Shown: piece by piece, positions 12,301 through 20,626 of the stretch | Layout: each line of letters opens with the position of its first letter | Position numbering within the stretch: position 1 is the stretch's first letter | From: a virus | Reading direction: 5' to 3' (one strand) | Virus record (IMG/VR): IMGVR_UViG_3300031673_000004 | Span: 64,485 to 128,484 of that record | DNA: 64,000 bases | Position numbers and translations under genes: made by a program | The notes under the pieces: generated by a model | Told to the model about the DNA's origin: nothing | The model's input: the letters and a program-made list of their open reading frames with translations, nothing else | The model's database searches: none

Positions 12301-14030
12301 CATTTTATTTTGGTGGGATACAAAATACAATAAAAATTACACTAAATAATGGGGTAATTTTAGAAGGAACAGAAAACCATAAGATAATGACAGTTGATGG
12401 GTGGAAAAAACTAAATGAACTAAAAATTGGTGCGTATACATTGACTATAAGTCGAAATTTTAATAAATTAAAAGGAAAAAATAAACTTCCTAAACTTGGA
12501 AAATTTAATGCAAATGCAAATAAAATTTCTGTTCCGCGTTATATGTCAAAAAATTTAGCAACATTCTTAGGAATGCTTGCGGCAGATGGTCATACAGAAG
12601 AAACAACAGGATTAGTTGGCCTTTATGAAAAGAATAAAAAGGTTGGGAAATTATTTGATGATTTAACTAAAAAATTATTTAAACAATCCCCAAAAATAAC
12701 TAAAGATAAACGTACAGGAGTAATTATACATGCTATTACAAGCAGAGTATTTTGTCGTTGGATAGAAAGTTTAATTGGAAAAAGAGCAGCAGATAAGCAT
12801 ATTCCAGTACAAATTTTACGCGGGAGTGAAACAGAAATATTAGGATTTGCTAAAGGGGTAACTCTTGATGGATATATCGCACAAGGAGCATTGATACTTT
12901 ACGATGGCAAATCTGAACAACTTGCGAGAGAATTATGTGCTTTAACTCATTTTATTGGAAGAGCCCCGTACTTAGGTAAAAAATTAGTTAAATCGCATAA
13001 CTATTATACATATAATGTACGCATATTTAATTTTAAAGGAATTGAGACACACAAGATATCAACACGCCAGGATAAAGATAGATTAGTAAAAATTCCAAAT
13101 AAATGGCACGCCATAAATTATCTTAAATTACCTGCGGACCATCCTAAATATAGTGCTATGCGAAGTATCTGGCAGAGAAAACAAAAAATAGCAAAACAAT
13201 CAACTCTTAAGGCGCTTAATCAGACATATCCTTATGATGAATACTATGTAAAAGTTTCAAAAATTGAAAAATCACGAGTACCTGTGTATGATCTAGAGGT
13301 AGAAAATACGCATTCATATATAGTCAACGGATTACTCTCCCATAATACAGTCAATGCACCAAACAGTACAACTAGAGAACAGGTTGACAATATATTCAGA
13401 TTAGCGTATAAAACCAAATGCAAGTCTACAACCATTTATAGGAGTGGTAGTAGAAAGACTGAGGTACTCATTAAAGAGCAGGAAATAACTAAGGACTCTA
13501 ATGAATCTGACGAGGAAACTACTAAACAACAAAAATCAACAGCGCCTAGATTCCGTGGGCCAGTGTTGTTTGGAGCTACATTCAAAATAAATACTCCTGG
13601 GGGTAAGGCATATATTACGATAAATGAGGACGATTACGGTCTTAGAGAGGTTTTTGTACATATTAGCAAGGCAGGCTCAGAAATTACGACGCACGTAGAA
13701 GCAGAGGGCAGATTAATTTCACATTCGTTAAAACATTGGATACCAGCAAAAACTATTATCGGCCATTTGGCGGGACACAAATCTAACCCAATTTTCGATA
13801 GCGGCAGATCTGTAAAAAGCGTACCAGATGCCGTAGCTATTGTAATGCGAGAGTATCTAGACCGTTATGAAGGCTTCTCAGAATACCTGGACAAGGAAAA
13901 CGCAACTCCAGTTACTACACCCCAACTCTCCGGGGAAATATCGGGTGAGCTATGTCCTGATTGTGGAGAAGTACTATACCAATCTGGTGGTTGTAACTAT
14001 TGCTATTGTGGATTTAGCAGATGCGGCTAG
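9369..14030 (+). CDS. nrdJ: Class II (B12-dependent) ribonucleotide reductase with two inteins, C-terminal TSCPD-like domain and Zn ribbon
   Basis: FMPATPTLINAG, LSSCF, GGGVG, QGGVRRAA, GEPG, NP/CSE, RIGLG, QPTGTVS, ISK/TVN, YRSGSR, C-terminal CPDCG..C. Confidence 0.93.
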   Translation: MTILNELAQQILAAKYYTDEETTPEQLFMRVAKVAAIPDVIDRFVQKDGTIASNLGDYFKPYTDIFNRVIARRGYTIDAALGAKEIASEYWGEETKKYYDAMCNLEFMPATPTLINAGRSIGMLSSCFFLRVPDSLEGIMETNKQTAIIAKMGGGVGLDISELRPKGSPVGTTSKGVSSGPVSFLRIFNETGMQVQQGGVRRAAMIAVMVINHPDILEFIKCKEEEGVLSNFNISVLIPDTFMEAIEVHPENIWICEWKNTQYIINKETDIPELYDANQPIDIEEYYRVKDIWEIIVDKAWHNGEPGIVFWDEVNRKDIFKGKFGKLGLNPCVPKDTWIMTLKGPRQVADLLTKDFSAAIDGENFPARKFIKTGSKQLVRITTKEGFQVKTTLNHLFRKVIGKRHVRDPNNYNGTRLTDYYEDWVPAGELNPGDTVRMHHHKNLPVWKGPGTYSDGYLLGLLIGDGYLTKTNVGKIEIWDDAGSQEMIDKVLEFVKTLHKRSDFKGFNYAEKTKKHTLTLAALHKLAKHYGAVQGNKHLTEKIEKTSYAFHVGFLRGFFDADGSVQGTQEKGVSVRVGQSSIDDLRIVQRMLLRIGIYSKIYKRREAGIHYLPDSNRNLAPYPVKASFELIISGEGLEIFLNKISFYHTQKRELLTNKVCNYKRNINKMKFIATVEHIELLPAENVYDTTVPLIHAFDGNGFYLHNCSEQFLVEKDSCSLAAINLGVCWYYSERDKRVRVDYDRLEALIKLGVQFLDNTLDINSFPLPEIEEQTLKIRRIGLGTMGLHDLMLRKEIRYGSKESLSLIDNIYSFIEKTARNTSTQLGSIRGVPDALKEFNVRNAGLLTVQPTGTVSIICNQTSPGIEPVFQWSFTRKDSYGTHQMKHFILEKFPNELPSYAVTALDIPPREHVLVQAQIQKYIDSGISKCLAKGTLIPTNKGIIPIENLGINNIPRTFGKPLKDLEVFSEDKNWHKVNSFYFGGIQNTIKITLNNGVILEGTENHKIMTVDGWKKLNELKIGAYTLTISRNFNKLKGKNKLPKLGKFNANANKISVPRYMSKNLATFLGMLAADGHTEETTGLVGLYEKNKKVGKLFDDLTKKLFKQSPKITKDKRTGVIIHAITSRVFCRWIESLIGKRAADKHIPVQILRGSETEILGFAKGVTLDGYIAQGALILYDGKSEQLARELCALTHFIGRAPYLGKKLVKSHNYYTYNVRIFNFKGIETHKISTRQDKDRLVKIPNKWHAINYLKLPADHPKYSAMRSIWQRKQKIAKQSTLKALNQTYPYDEYYVKVSKIEKSRVPVYDLEVENTHSYIVNGLLSHNTVNAPNSTTREQVDNIFRLAYKTKCKSTTIYRSGSRKTEVLIKEQEITKDSNESDEETTKQQKSTAPRFRGPVLFGATFKINTPGGKAYITINEDDYGLREVFVHISKAGSEITTHVEAEGRLISHSLKHWIPAKTIIGHLAGHKSNPIFDSGRSVKSVPDAVAIVMREYLDRYEGFSEYLDKENATPVTTPQLSGEISGELCPDCGEVLYQSGGCNYCYCGFSRCG
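10362..11486 (+). mobile_element. Intein 1 of RNR (375 aa, LAGLIDADG), inserted before the thiyl-radical Cys (NP/CSE)
   Basis: CVPKDT...YLHN/C; LLGLLIGDG, LRGFFDADG. Confidence 0.93.
12153..13346 (+). mobile_element. Intein 2 of RNR (398 aa, LAGLIDADG) in ISK/TVN
   Basis: CLAKGT...LSHN/T; GTENHKI, FLGMLAADG, VYDLEV. Confidence 0.93.
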
Positions 14031-14034
14031 GGCT

Positions 14035-14322
14035 ATGTTTGTACACAAATGTGCACTTAGAAGAGAAACTTTACCAGTATTACCATGTGATTGTTCCGCA
14101 TGTGAATGGTATATTCATGAAGCTACCTATAATAATTGTTTTTGGGCCTTAGCATATATATTTGAAAATCAACCTGGAACTAAATTATCATTTGAAGAAA
14201 TCGCAGTATTAGAAGGAGTTACAGTTGATGAAATAGTTATAGCATACGAAACTGCTATTAATAAATTACGTAAAGACTCCAGAAATATACTGAAAAGTGA
14301 TAATTTCGGCAACGTGAGTTAA
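14035..14322 (+). CDS. Small Cys-rich protein with sigma70 region-4-like HTH
   Basis: LSFEEIAVLEGVT..I...YETAINKLR pattern; ATG just after the nrdJ stop. Confidence 0.6.
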   Translation: MFVHKCALRRETLPVLPCDCSACEWYIHEATYNNCFWALAYIFENQPGTKLSFEEIAVLEGVTVDEIVIAYETAINKLRKDSRNILKSDNFGNVS

Positions 14323-14339
14323 ACAATTTGAGGCAAATT

Positions 14340-14843
14340 ATGCTATGTAATAGCGATGTTGTCGAAAAACATATTGGGTCTGAACTAGCAAGACTGCAAT
14401 TTGAAAATGCTCTTTTAAAAGGATGGATTAAATCAGGCCAGGAAGTACGGACTTGCGTAGTTTGTGGCAAGCCCATCAACAACATTAGTATTCAACGGAT
14501 GCTTCGGCCATATCTATGGGACTGTAGAGAATGTTTTCAAAAGAAGCCGAGAAAAATAATTTCATTGGAACACGATTTCACGCTAGACATTTTGGACATT
14601 CTGAAAGAGACGACGCGCTTATATGGGAATATCAAGGCACAATGTGGGGCATTGGGAATTTCAATCCCATATTTTTATTCGATAATAGATAAATACTGTG
14701 GTGAACATTTTGTATCGTTTATGGCAAAATATGCAACTGGGAAACGAAAAGAAACATATGCTAAAAAGCTTGCAAAAATTGTGGATCCCCCTAACGTGTT
14801 ATCTGGGTTCAAGATTAAAATTCCCGAATTGGCCGCCGTATAA
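14340..14843 (+). CDS. Hypothetical Zn-finger/HTH-like protein
   Basis: CVVCG...CRECF pair. Confidence 0.6.
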   Translation: MLCNSDVVEKHIGSELARLQFENALLKGWIKSGQEVRTCVVCGKPINNISIQRMLRPYLWDCRECFQKKPRKIISLEHDFTLDILDILKETTRLYGNIKAQCGALGISIPYFYSIIDKYCGEHFVSFMAKYATGKRKETYAKKLAKIVDPPNVLSGFKIKIPELAAV

Positions 14844-14933
14844 TCCTCTTTCTTTTATTTCCAAACATGGTAGATCAGATATACTCAGGGAAACCCCCTC
14901 GTATAGTACCTTTGTCTTACAAGGAGAGAATCA

Positions 14934-15770
14934 ATGAACCGTACAAGAATGAAACAATTGCAAGCAATCAGCCACAGATTACACCAAGACAGGTCATCTG
15001 TAGCAAGCGAATTCATCACAGGATTAAAGGCTACATTAGCAAAACGTGGCTACAGGGCTGACCTGACCCTTTCAACTAACGCAAGGTCCACAATGGGGCG
15101 GTTTAGAGCATCTGTTCCATTTGACGTGCAATTGGGACATCCGTCTGAAGAGGACTTGATGACATTGGTTGCTCAATCCTACCCTAATCATGAAATCGAT
15201 TGGGGATTGGTTGAAGTCGATTCAGATTTGGGTCTTGTTCTTCTTGATCTGCAGCCCTCAACTGAAATGGTTCCCGTGAAAAGCATCAGTGAGATACCTC
15301 CTGAGTTCAAGTCTATAGGAAGCGGTATTTACAAACGCGCAGCGGATGCTTCAGGTAATGTCCGTGAGATTTGGACATTGAAGCGTGGGGATGATGGTCT
15401 GGTTCTATACCGCAATAATGATGATGTAGAAATTGAAGCTAAAGCAGATGGGTTCAAAGCAGGCGACATTGCAAATACCCCGTATGGCCCTGGCCGCATT
15501 CTTCGTTTCGATGAAATGGGAAATGCCTTTGTGCAAATTGGTAATAACAAACGCATGGTCGCTGCAAAGGAACTAGGGATATATAGCATCGAGAAGGAAA
15601 AGAAGAAGCTTACCGATTACTATAGTGAAGCTTATGGAGATCCTGCCTTTGCGAAAGCCCTGACAGAGAACTATGACACTCGCAAGAAAAATAAAAGCGG
15701 ACCAGCAAATGGCAAAAACCCAAAAGGTGCTCCCGCTGACATCAACAAAATGAATATGGTTCATAAATAA
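14934..15770 (+). CDS. Hypothetical protein with C-terminal SH3/KOW-like segment, possibly virion-associated
   Basis: AAGGAG RBS; FKAGDIANTPYGPGRIL. Confidence 0.7.
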   Translation: MNRTRMKQLQAISHRLHQDRSSVASEFITGLKATLAKRGYRADLTLSTNARSTMGRFRASVPFDVQLGHPSEEDLMTLVAQSYPNHEIDWGLVEVDSDLGLVLLDLQPSTEMVPVKSISEIPPEFKSIGSGIYKRAADASGNVREIWTLKRGDDGLVLYRNNDDVEIEAKADGFKAGDIANTPYGPGRILRFDEMGNAFVQIGNNKRMVAAKELGIYSIEKEKKKLTDYYSEAYGDPAFAKALTENYDTRKKNKSGPANGKNPKGAPADINKMNMVHK

Positions 15771-15811
15771 ACAGAACTGGCTGTAACGTTACAATCAGTG
15801 GAGATAAAGTT

Positions 15812-17170
15812 ATGCCGAAACAAGCCAGTATTCGTGTAAAAGCTCCGGGGCGGCCTCCGAAAGCATGGTTTAATAAGATGGAAAAGGAAGTTCAGGAAGG
15901 AAACCCAGATTATTCCGATGACCAAGTTAAAAAAACAGTCGGGAACATTTGGTATAATGAACTTTCACAGTACAGAAAAAATAAACTTACAAAGAAACAT
16001 GAAAACAGCCTACGTGTCTCGGGAGAACGGATTATAGGTGAAAGAGTGTATGCGACTGAGGTCAAGGCTTCCCAATTCCCCAATTTGTTCAGTTCCGATA
16101 CGTCCAAATGGATAAAATTACAAACTAGGAATCTTGCTGCAAACATGGGGCCAATTTCCAGCCCGGCACAAGCAATTGCATTTGTGAATGATGCAGCCAA
16201 ACAGGTTATTACAGAAATAACTGCTGCAGTATCCGAGGAAGTGACTAAAATCATTGAAGCAGAAAAAGAAGATATTCTTAATGATATTGTCACGGAGACA
16301 ACACAATTTGAAGAGGAATTAACAAATCCTGCAGGCGCTCCACAAATCCCCATGGAAATGAATGAGGCCCCAGCAGAAGAACCTGTAGAGGCACCCATTG
16401 CTGCATCCAGAAAAGCGCTAATGCCTCATAAGCTTAGAATAGCTTTTGAAAAAGCAGCTAATCCAGCAGAGCAATCTTTATCCTTAGTCAAACTTGATCC
16501 TACATTTTTAGCTCATTTGGACGAGTTAGAAGACCAAGCAGAATCAGTAGAAACCTTAGCTGAGTGGGTCAAAGATTACATCGTTGGGCGTGGTTTACTG
16601 GACCCCGATACTGCAGCACAGGCTGATTGGATTGAGCCGACTAAGCTGCTGACTTCAAGTTTACATAAAAGAAAAGCAGTTGAGTATTTAAGTGATCTGA
16701 TTGATCCAATTTACGATCATAAAGAAAGAGTAGAAAGAGTGCTTAGTAAAATGACTGATGCTGAATCAATAAATGCGTGGGATATGGGGCGTGAGGCAGG
16801 CATAGAACCATTAACAGCCGAACATATCCTAGATAGATTAGTACAAGAAGGGTTAGCAGATAAAGATGGGGTTTGGTATTCAAAAAAAGCAGGTTTAGAA
16901 GATGAAGAAGAATTCCAGTCAGAGGAAGCTAACGAAGAAGAGGAATTTCAGCCGCAAGATGATGACATATTTATGAACGATTCTGGGCCATTGGGTAGTA
17001 GAACAAGTGTTAGTGCTGGTGGAACGTTCTTGGGAGAGTTTTCTACTGAGGACGAAGCAGAACTAGCTATAAAATCGTGGATGGAAGAAAATCAGTGGTA
17101 TCCCAATGTATGGAAAATATCAGATCATGGAAATATGATTGGTCCGATTGTCTTAGCAGCAGATAGATAA
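15812..17170 (+). CDS. Acidic multidomain hypothetical protein, possibly an internal head protein
   Basis: 452-aa ORF, GGAG RBS, repeated K-x-A motifs. Confidence 0.7.
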   Translation: MPKQASIRVKAPGRPPKAWFNKMEKEVQEGNPDYSDDQVKKTVGNIWYNELSQYRKNKLTKKHENSLRVSGERIIGERVYATEVKASQFPNLFSSDTSKWIKLQTRNLAANMGPISSPAQAIAFVNDAAKQVITEITAAVSEEVTKIIEAEKEDILNDIVTETTQFEEELTNPAGAPQIPMEMNEAPAEEPVEAPIAASRKALMPHKLRIAFEKAANPAEQSLSLVKLDPTFLAHLDELEDQAESVETLAEWVKDYIVGRGLLDPDTAAQADWIEPTKLLTSSLHKRKAVEYLSDLIDPIYDHKERVERVLSKMTDAESINAWDMGREAGIEPLTAEHILDRLVQEGLADKDGVWYSKKAGLEDEEEFQSEEANEEEEFQPQDDDIFMNDSGPLGSRTSVSAGGTFLGEFSTEDEAELAIKSWMEENQWYPNVWKISDHGNMIGPIVLAADR

Positions 17171-17204
17171 GTAAAAATTCTTTAATCTAGCGAGGTAGGA
17201 ACCA

Positions 17205-18014
17205 ATGACCATTCTTTCTAACGTAGAATTCGAAAAGCTAGTTACAGATCAATCTCCTAGATTGAGGACAATTGCAAAACAACGCTGTGACCAAGCTCCA
17301 ACAGGGGTTCTTACACGGGCTGACATTGATCAGTATATCCAAGCCTGTACCTATTCTGGTGATAAAAAAGCTGCTCAATGGCTGAAATCACTGATCGTAG
17401 TTTCAAAAAACGGAAAATTGGCACGGCTACGCAGCAACGAAGCCACATGGGAAGATCATGTAGAAGAGGTACATCGATTAAGCGCAGCCAAGGAAGCCTT
17501 GGATATTGGGCAGCACGTCCGTTGCAAAGAATCAGGAAGATACGGTTCGATTGCTGATTATAATCCAGACTCAAAAGAATATATAGTTGTCTTAGACCCA
17601 TTTCAAATAATGGTCTATAAGAGTAATCAGATAGAAACAGTGGCGAGCCATAAGATTAATGCACAAAGGTCTAAACAAGCAGGATTCATGCAACCTATGG
17701 TAGAGGAAGGAACTTGGATTACTATTGATGGCCCCCAAGGTGGTGAGAGTATCCCTGCAGATTATGTAGGTTCAGAAGATATAGAAAAACTAAAGAATGA
17801 AATTGAGGTGAATGGAACAGCATCTCTTGAAGGGACTTCCTTACGAGATTTTTGTGAAAATTCTGAAATATACAGTATAGAAGTAGAGACAGGATATAGT
17901 GCATATCTTTCTGCTCCTGGGTATATGGACAGAACTGAAAATACAGTTTTTGATACAGAAGAAGAAGCATGGGCACATCTCAAAGAAATGTATCCCGAAG
18001 AATTTGAAAATTAA
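17205..18014 (+). CDS. Hypothetical protein (SH3-like segment, acidic C-terminal domain)
   Basis: 269-aa ORF with GAGG/AGGA RBS. Confidence 0.7.
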   Translation: MTILSNVEFEKLVTDQSPRLRTIAKQRCDQAPTGVLTRADIDQYIQACTYSGDKKAAQWLKSLIVVSKNGKLARLRSNEATWEDHVEEVHRLSAAKEALDIGQHVRCKESGRYGSIADYNPDSKEYIVVLDPFQIMVYKSNQIETVASHKINAQRSKQAGFMQPMVEEGTWITIDGPQGGESIPADYVGSEDIEKLKNEIEVNGTASLEGTSLRDFCENSEIYSIEVETGYSAYLSAPGYMDRTENTVFDTEEEAWAHLKEMYPEEFEN

Positions 18015-18020
18015 TAAAAA

Positions 18021-18785
18021 ATGGCGATTAAGCTAAAATGGAAAGGTGAAACTCTTTGGGCGTATCCAAAAGATAGCCCAAATAGAGTTCAAAAATACAA
18101 TATTTACGACGATCAAGGGCGCTATTTTATAACAGATAATCAACATTTTGTAGATGAATTTATAGCTGAAGACCAAGAAGGCACTGATCCTCTTAATAGA
18201 GAAGGTTGCATAGGGCAATTACACACAATGAGAATAGAAGCTACAGAAGTCCTAGCGCAGTACGACCGTAACAGGGCACCCATTATTGATGACTCTATTG
18301 GAGAGCCTGTAGGAGGTGCTTACGGTCGTGCAACACGCCTAGCTGACATTGAGGCAGAAGCAGTAGAGTTCGCCAATGCATTTCTGTTAGACTTCGATCT
18401 TCCATCGACACCTTATATGCATGTTGGCAATATGAAGGGATTCGAAAACCTTAGAAAACCATTCAAGCAGGTAGTTGGAGTTATCGTTGTAAATGCAAAT
18501 TTCAATACTCTTAGTGGGCATAGAATTAGATTAGGGTTAGCAATTCCTGTACATAAAGGGGAGTTTCAAAAACCATCTATTGTATATTATCAAGATAAGA
18601 AACGAGTATTTTCACAGGATTTATTAAATGATATCATAAGTTCTATCGAAACAACTAGACCTAAACTAAAAAATGAGTTCACGCCAAATGTGGAATTCCA
18701 GCATATAGAAAATATCGAAAAACCCCTATTCAGCGCTCCAGACGATCCTACTGGTTGGAGCCTTCTCATCACAGAACGCTACTAA
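18021..18785 (+). CDS. Hypothetical protein
   Basis: 254-aa ORF in the operon. Confidence 0.7.
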   Translation: MAIKLKWKGETLWAYPKDSPNRVQKYNIYDDQGRYFITDNQHFVDEFIAEDQEGTDPLNREGCIGQLHTMRIEATEVLAQYDRNRAPIIDDSIGEPVGGAYGRATRLADIEAEAVEFANAFLLDFDLPSTPYMHVGNMKGFENLRKPFKQVVGVIVVNANFNTLSGHRIRLGLAIPVHKGEFQKPSIVYYQDKKRVFSQDLLNDIISSIETTRPKLKNEFTPNVEFQHIENIEKPLFSAPDDPTGWSLLITERY

Positions 18786-18790
18786 GCGAT

Positions 18791-19654
18791 ATGCGATCAA
18801 CCATCGTTAAGAAAAAACCCGGAAAACACCGGACAGTCTATCCGCCACTTACAGATGCCCAATTAGCCCTATGCCCAAATGGAGATCCCCGCTGCAGGTT
18901 GTGTCAACTCAGACCGGAGCAAATTGTAGAATTGCACAGACAAAAATTTGAAGAAAAGTTGACCTATGCACAGATGCTTAAATATATTAGAAAAACATTC
19001 AACATGGGGGAAGACTTTACAAGAATAAGCAGGCATTTTAATAAACATTTGAAAAATGCTCAACTAGCAGTACAAAAATTAGCTACAAGACAAAAAGATG
19101 TGGCATATCCTGAGCTAATGAAAGCGCTCGAACCTATTAGTACTGATGTAAAGATAACGACTAGTGGTGCGTTAGAAAAAGCATATGAACAGCTTGTCAA
19201 AATGGCGCAAACATTTACTGATAAAGTGTTTACCGTCCAAAATAAAATAGCGCTTACCATAGAGGGCAGAGATTTAGATGATGAAATTGATGGAGTTCCT
19301 GTATTAGAACTATTGGAAAAACAATCAAGATTAAATAAGGAAGCAAGAGAATTTATAAAAGAAGTATCTATACTCCGTGCACCAAAAGTAATGGTAGCAC
19401 AGTTCCTGGAATCATTTATTGATGCTGTAATAAAAGAACTGAGTATACTAATAAGTAACTTGGCCGGTGAATTGAAGCATGATATCAGTGCGGAACTACT
19501 AGATGCAGGACACCCCGATCTGTTGAGCGATGTAACATATGCTAATATATTCAAAAAAATGGCCTTGGACTATAGGGATCGTATGGTAAATCTAAAACGA
19601 CAAAAAATGGCAGATGCATTATCTGCTTTACAAGATTTGGAGAAATTAATTTAA
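18791..19654 (+). CDS. Hypothetical protein with N-terminal CxxC..HxxxH Zn-finger/HTH and coiled coil (small-terminase-like architecture)
   Basis: CRLC...RHFNKH; ATG at 18791; function is inference. Confidence 0.55.
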   Translation: MRSTIVKKKPGKHRTVYPPLTDAQLALCPNGDPRCRLCQLRPEQIVELHRQKFEEKLTYAQMLKYIRKTFNMGEDFTRISRHFNKHLKNAQLAVQKLATRQKDVAYPELMKALEPISTDVKITTSGALEKAYEQLVKMAQTFTDKVFTVQNKIALTIEGRDLDDEIDGVPVLELLEKQSRLNKEAREFIKEVSILRAPKVMVAQFLESFIDAVIKELSILISNLAGELKHDISAELLDAGHPDLLSDVTYANIFKKMALDYRDRMVNLKRQKMADALSALQDLEKLI

Positions 19655-20025
19655 TGCAACTGGTAATTATTGAGTCACCATTATCAGGTGACTTTCCGAA
19701 GAATATTAGATATGCACGTTTGTGCATGCTTGATTGTCTGCAACGAGGAGAAGCACCTTTTGCATCACACTTACTGTATCCGCAGTGTTTGAATGATGAT
19801 AAGCAGGCAGATCGCCAATTAGGAATAACTGCTGGGTTTGCGTGGGCAAAAATAGCTGTAAAACGTATATTTTATATGGATTTAGGTTACAGCAGTGGAA
19901 TGCAGGCAGCTAAGGCAGACGCAAAAAAACTAAAGCAAAAGATTGAGGGGCGATATTTACCTGAAAAACTTATGCAACAACTAGATCAGCCAGGATACAA
20001 CGCCACAAAAGGCTTCCGAGATTAG
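19654..20025 (+). CDS. Nucleoside 2-deoxyribosyltransferase-like fold phage protein (DUF4406-like)
   Basis: VIIESPLSGD..N..YAR....GEAPFASHLLYPQ..D....R..GI..G..W....SSGM. Confidence 0.65.
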   Translation: MQLVIIESPLSGDFPKNIRYARLCMLDCLQRGEAPFASHLLYPQCLNDDKQADRQLGITAGFAWAKIAVKRIFYMDLGYSSGMQAAKADAKKLKQKIEGRYLPEKLMQQLDQPGYNATKGFRD

Positions 20026-20026
20026 T

Positions 20027-20548
20027 ATGATTGTAACTACTGCAGACAGCATTTTAACCTTACGCATGAGCGCTCCAAGTTGGGTGGATGATCGCTCTGT
20101 GCTGTGTGCTCCTAGTTTAGTACATTTTGATGCACTTGCAGGGTTTTTACAATTTCAAACAGCCTGTGCTGGATCAAGAAACTCATGGATGCAAACCATA
20201 GTATTCAACGATTGGCAGTCTATAGTAACTACACGGATGCCATGGGGACCATTAATGCCGGAAACCGATGAGGACCGTATAGAAAGAGAACGGACAGAAG
20301 AGGAAACAACTATAGTTGGAACTGAGTCTTGGCCAGATGTTTTAGCTAAGTTTCCTGAATTAGTCAATATGGATGTATCTATAGATTGTTCCTGTCCCTT
20401 TTTCCGTTGGTATGGCACAGAATACAATCTTGAACAGCGGGATACAGCACTTTTTCCAGAAGGGGTTCCCTACCCACATATACGTGATCCTGAATTACAT
20501 AACATAATTTGCAAGCACTTAGCTGCTGTTTTTGCGAACCATTTTTAG
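20027..20548 (+). CDS. SWIM-type Zn-finger protein
   Basis: CSCPFF...ICKHL. Confidence 0.75.
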   Translation: MIVTTADSILTLRMSAPSWVDDRSVLCAPSLVHFDALAGFLQFQTACAGSRNSWMQTIVFNDWQSIVTTRMPWGPLMPETDEDRIERERTEEETTIVGTESWPDVLAKFPELVNMDVSIDCSCPFFRWYGTEYNLEQRDTALFPEGVPYPHIRDPELHNIICKHLAAVFANHF

Positions 20549-20626
20549 AACAGTAATTTAAGTTTATTGCTAAAGTTGGTGTACCTTGAAGAGTAATTAA
20601 ATATTATTAATTATTGTGAAAAAGCA

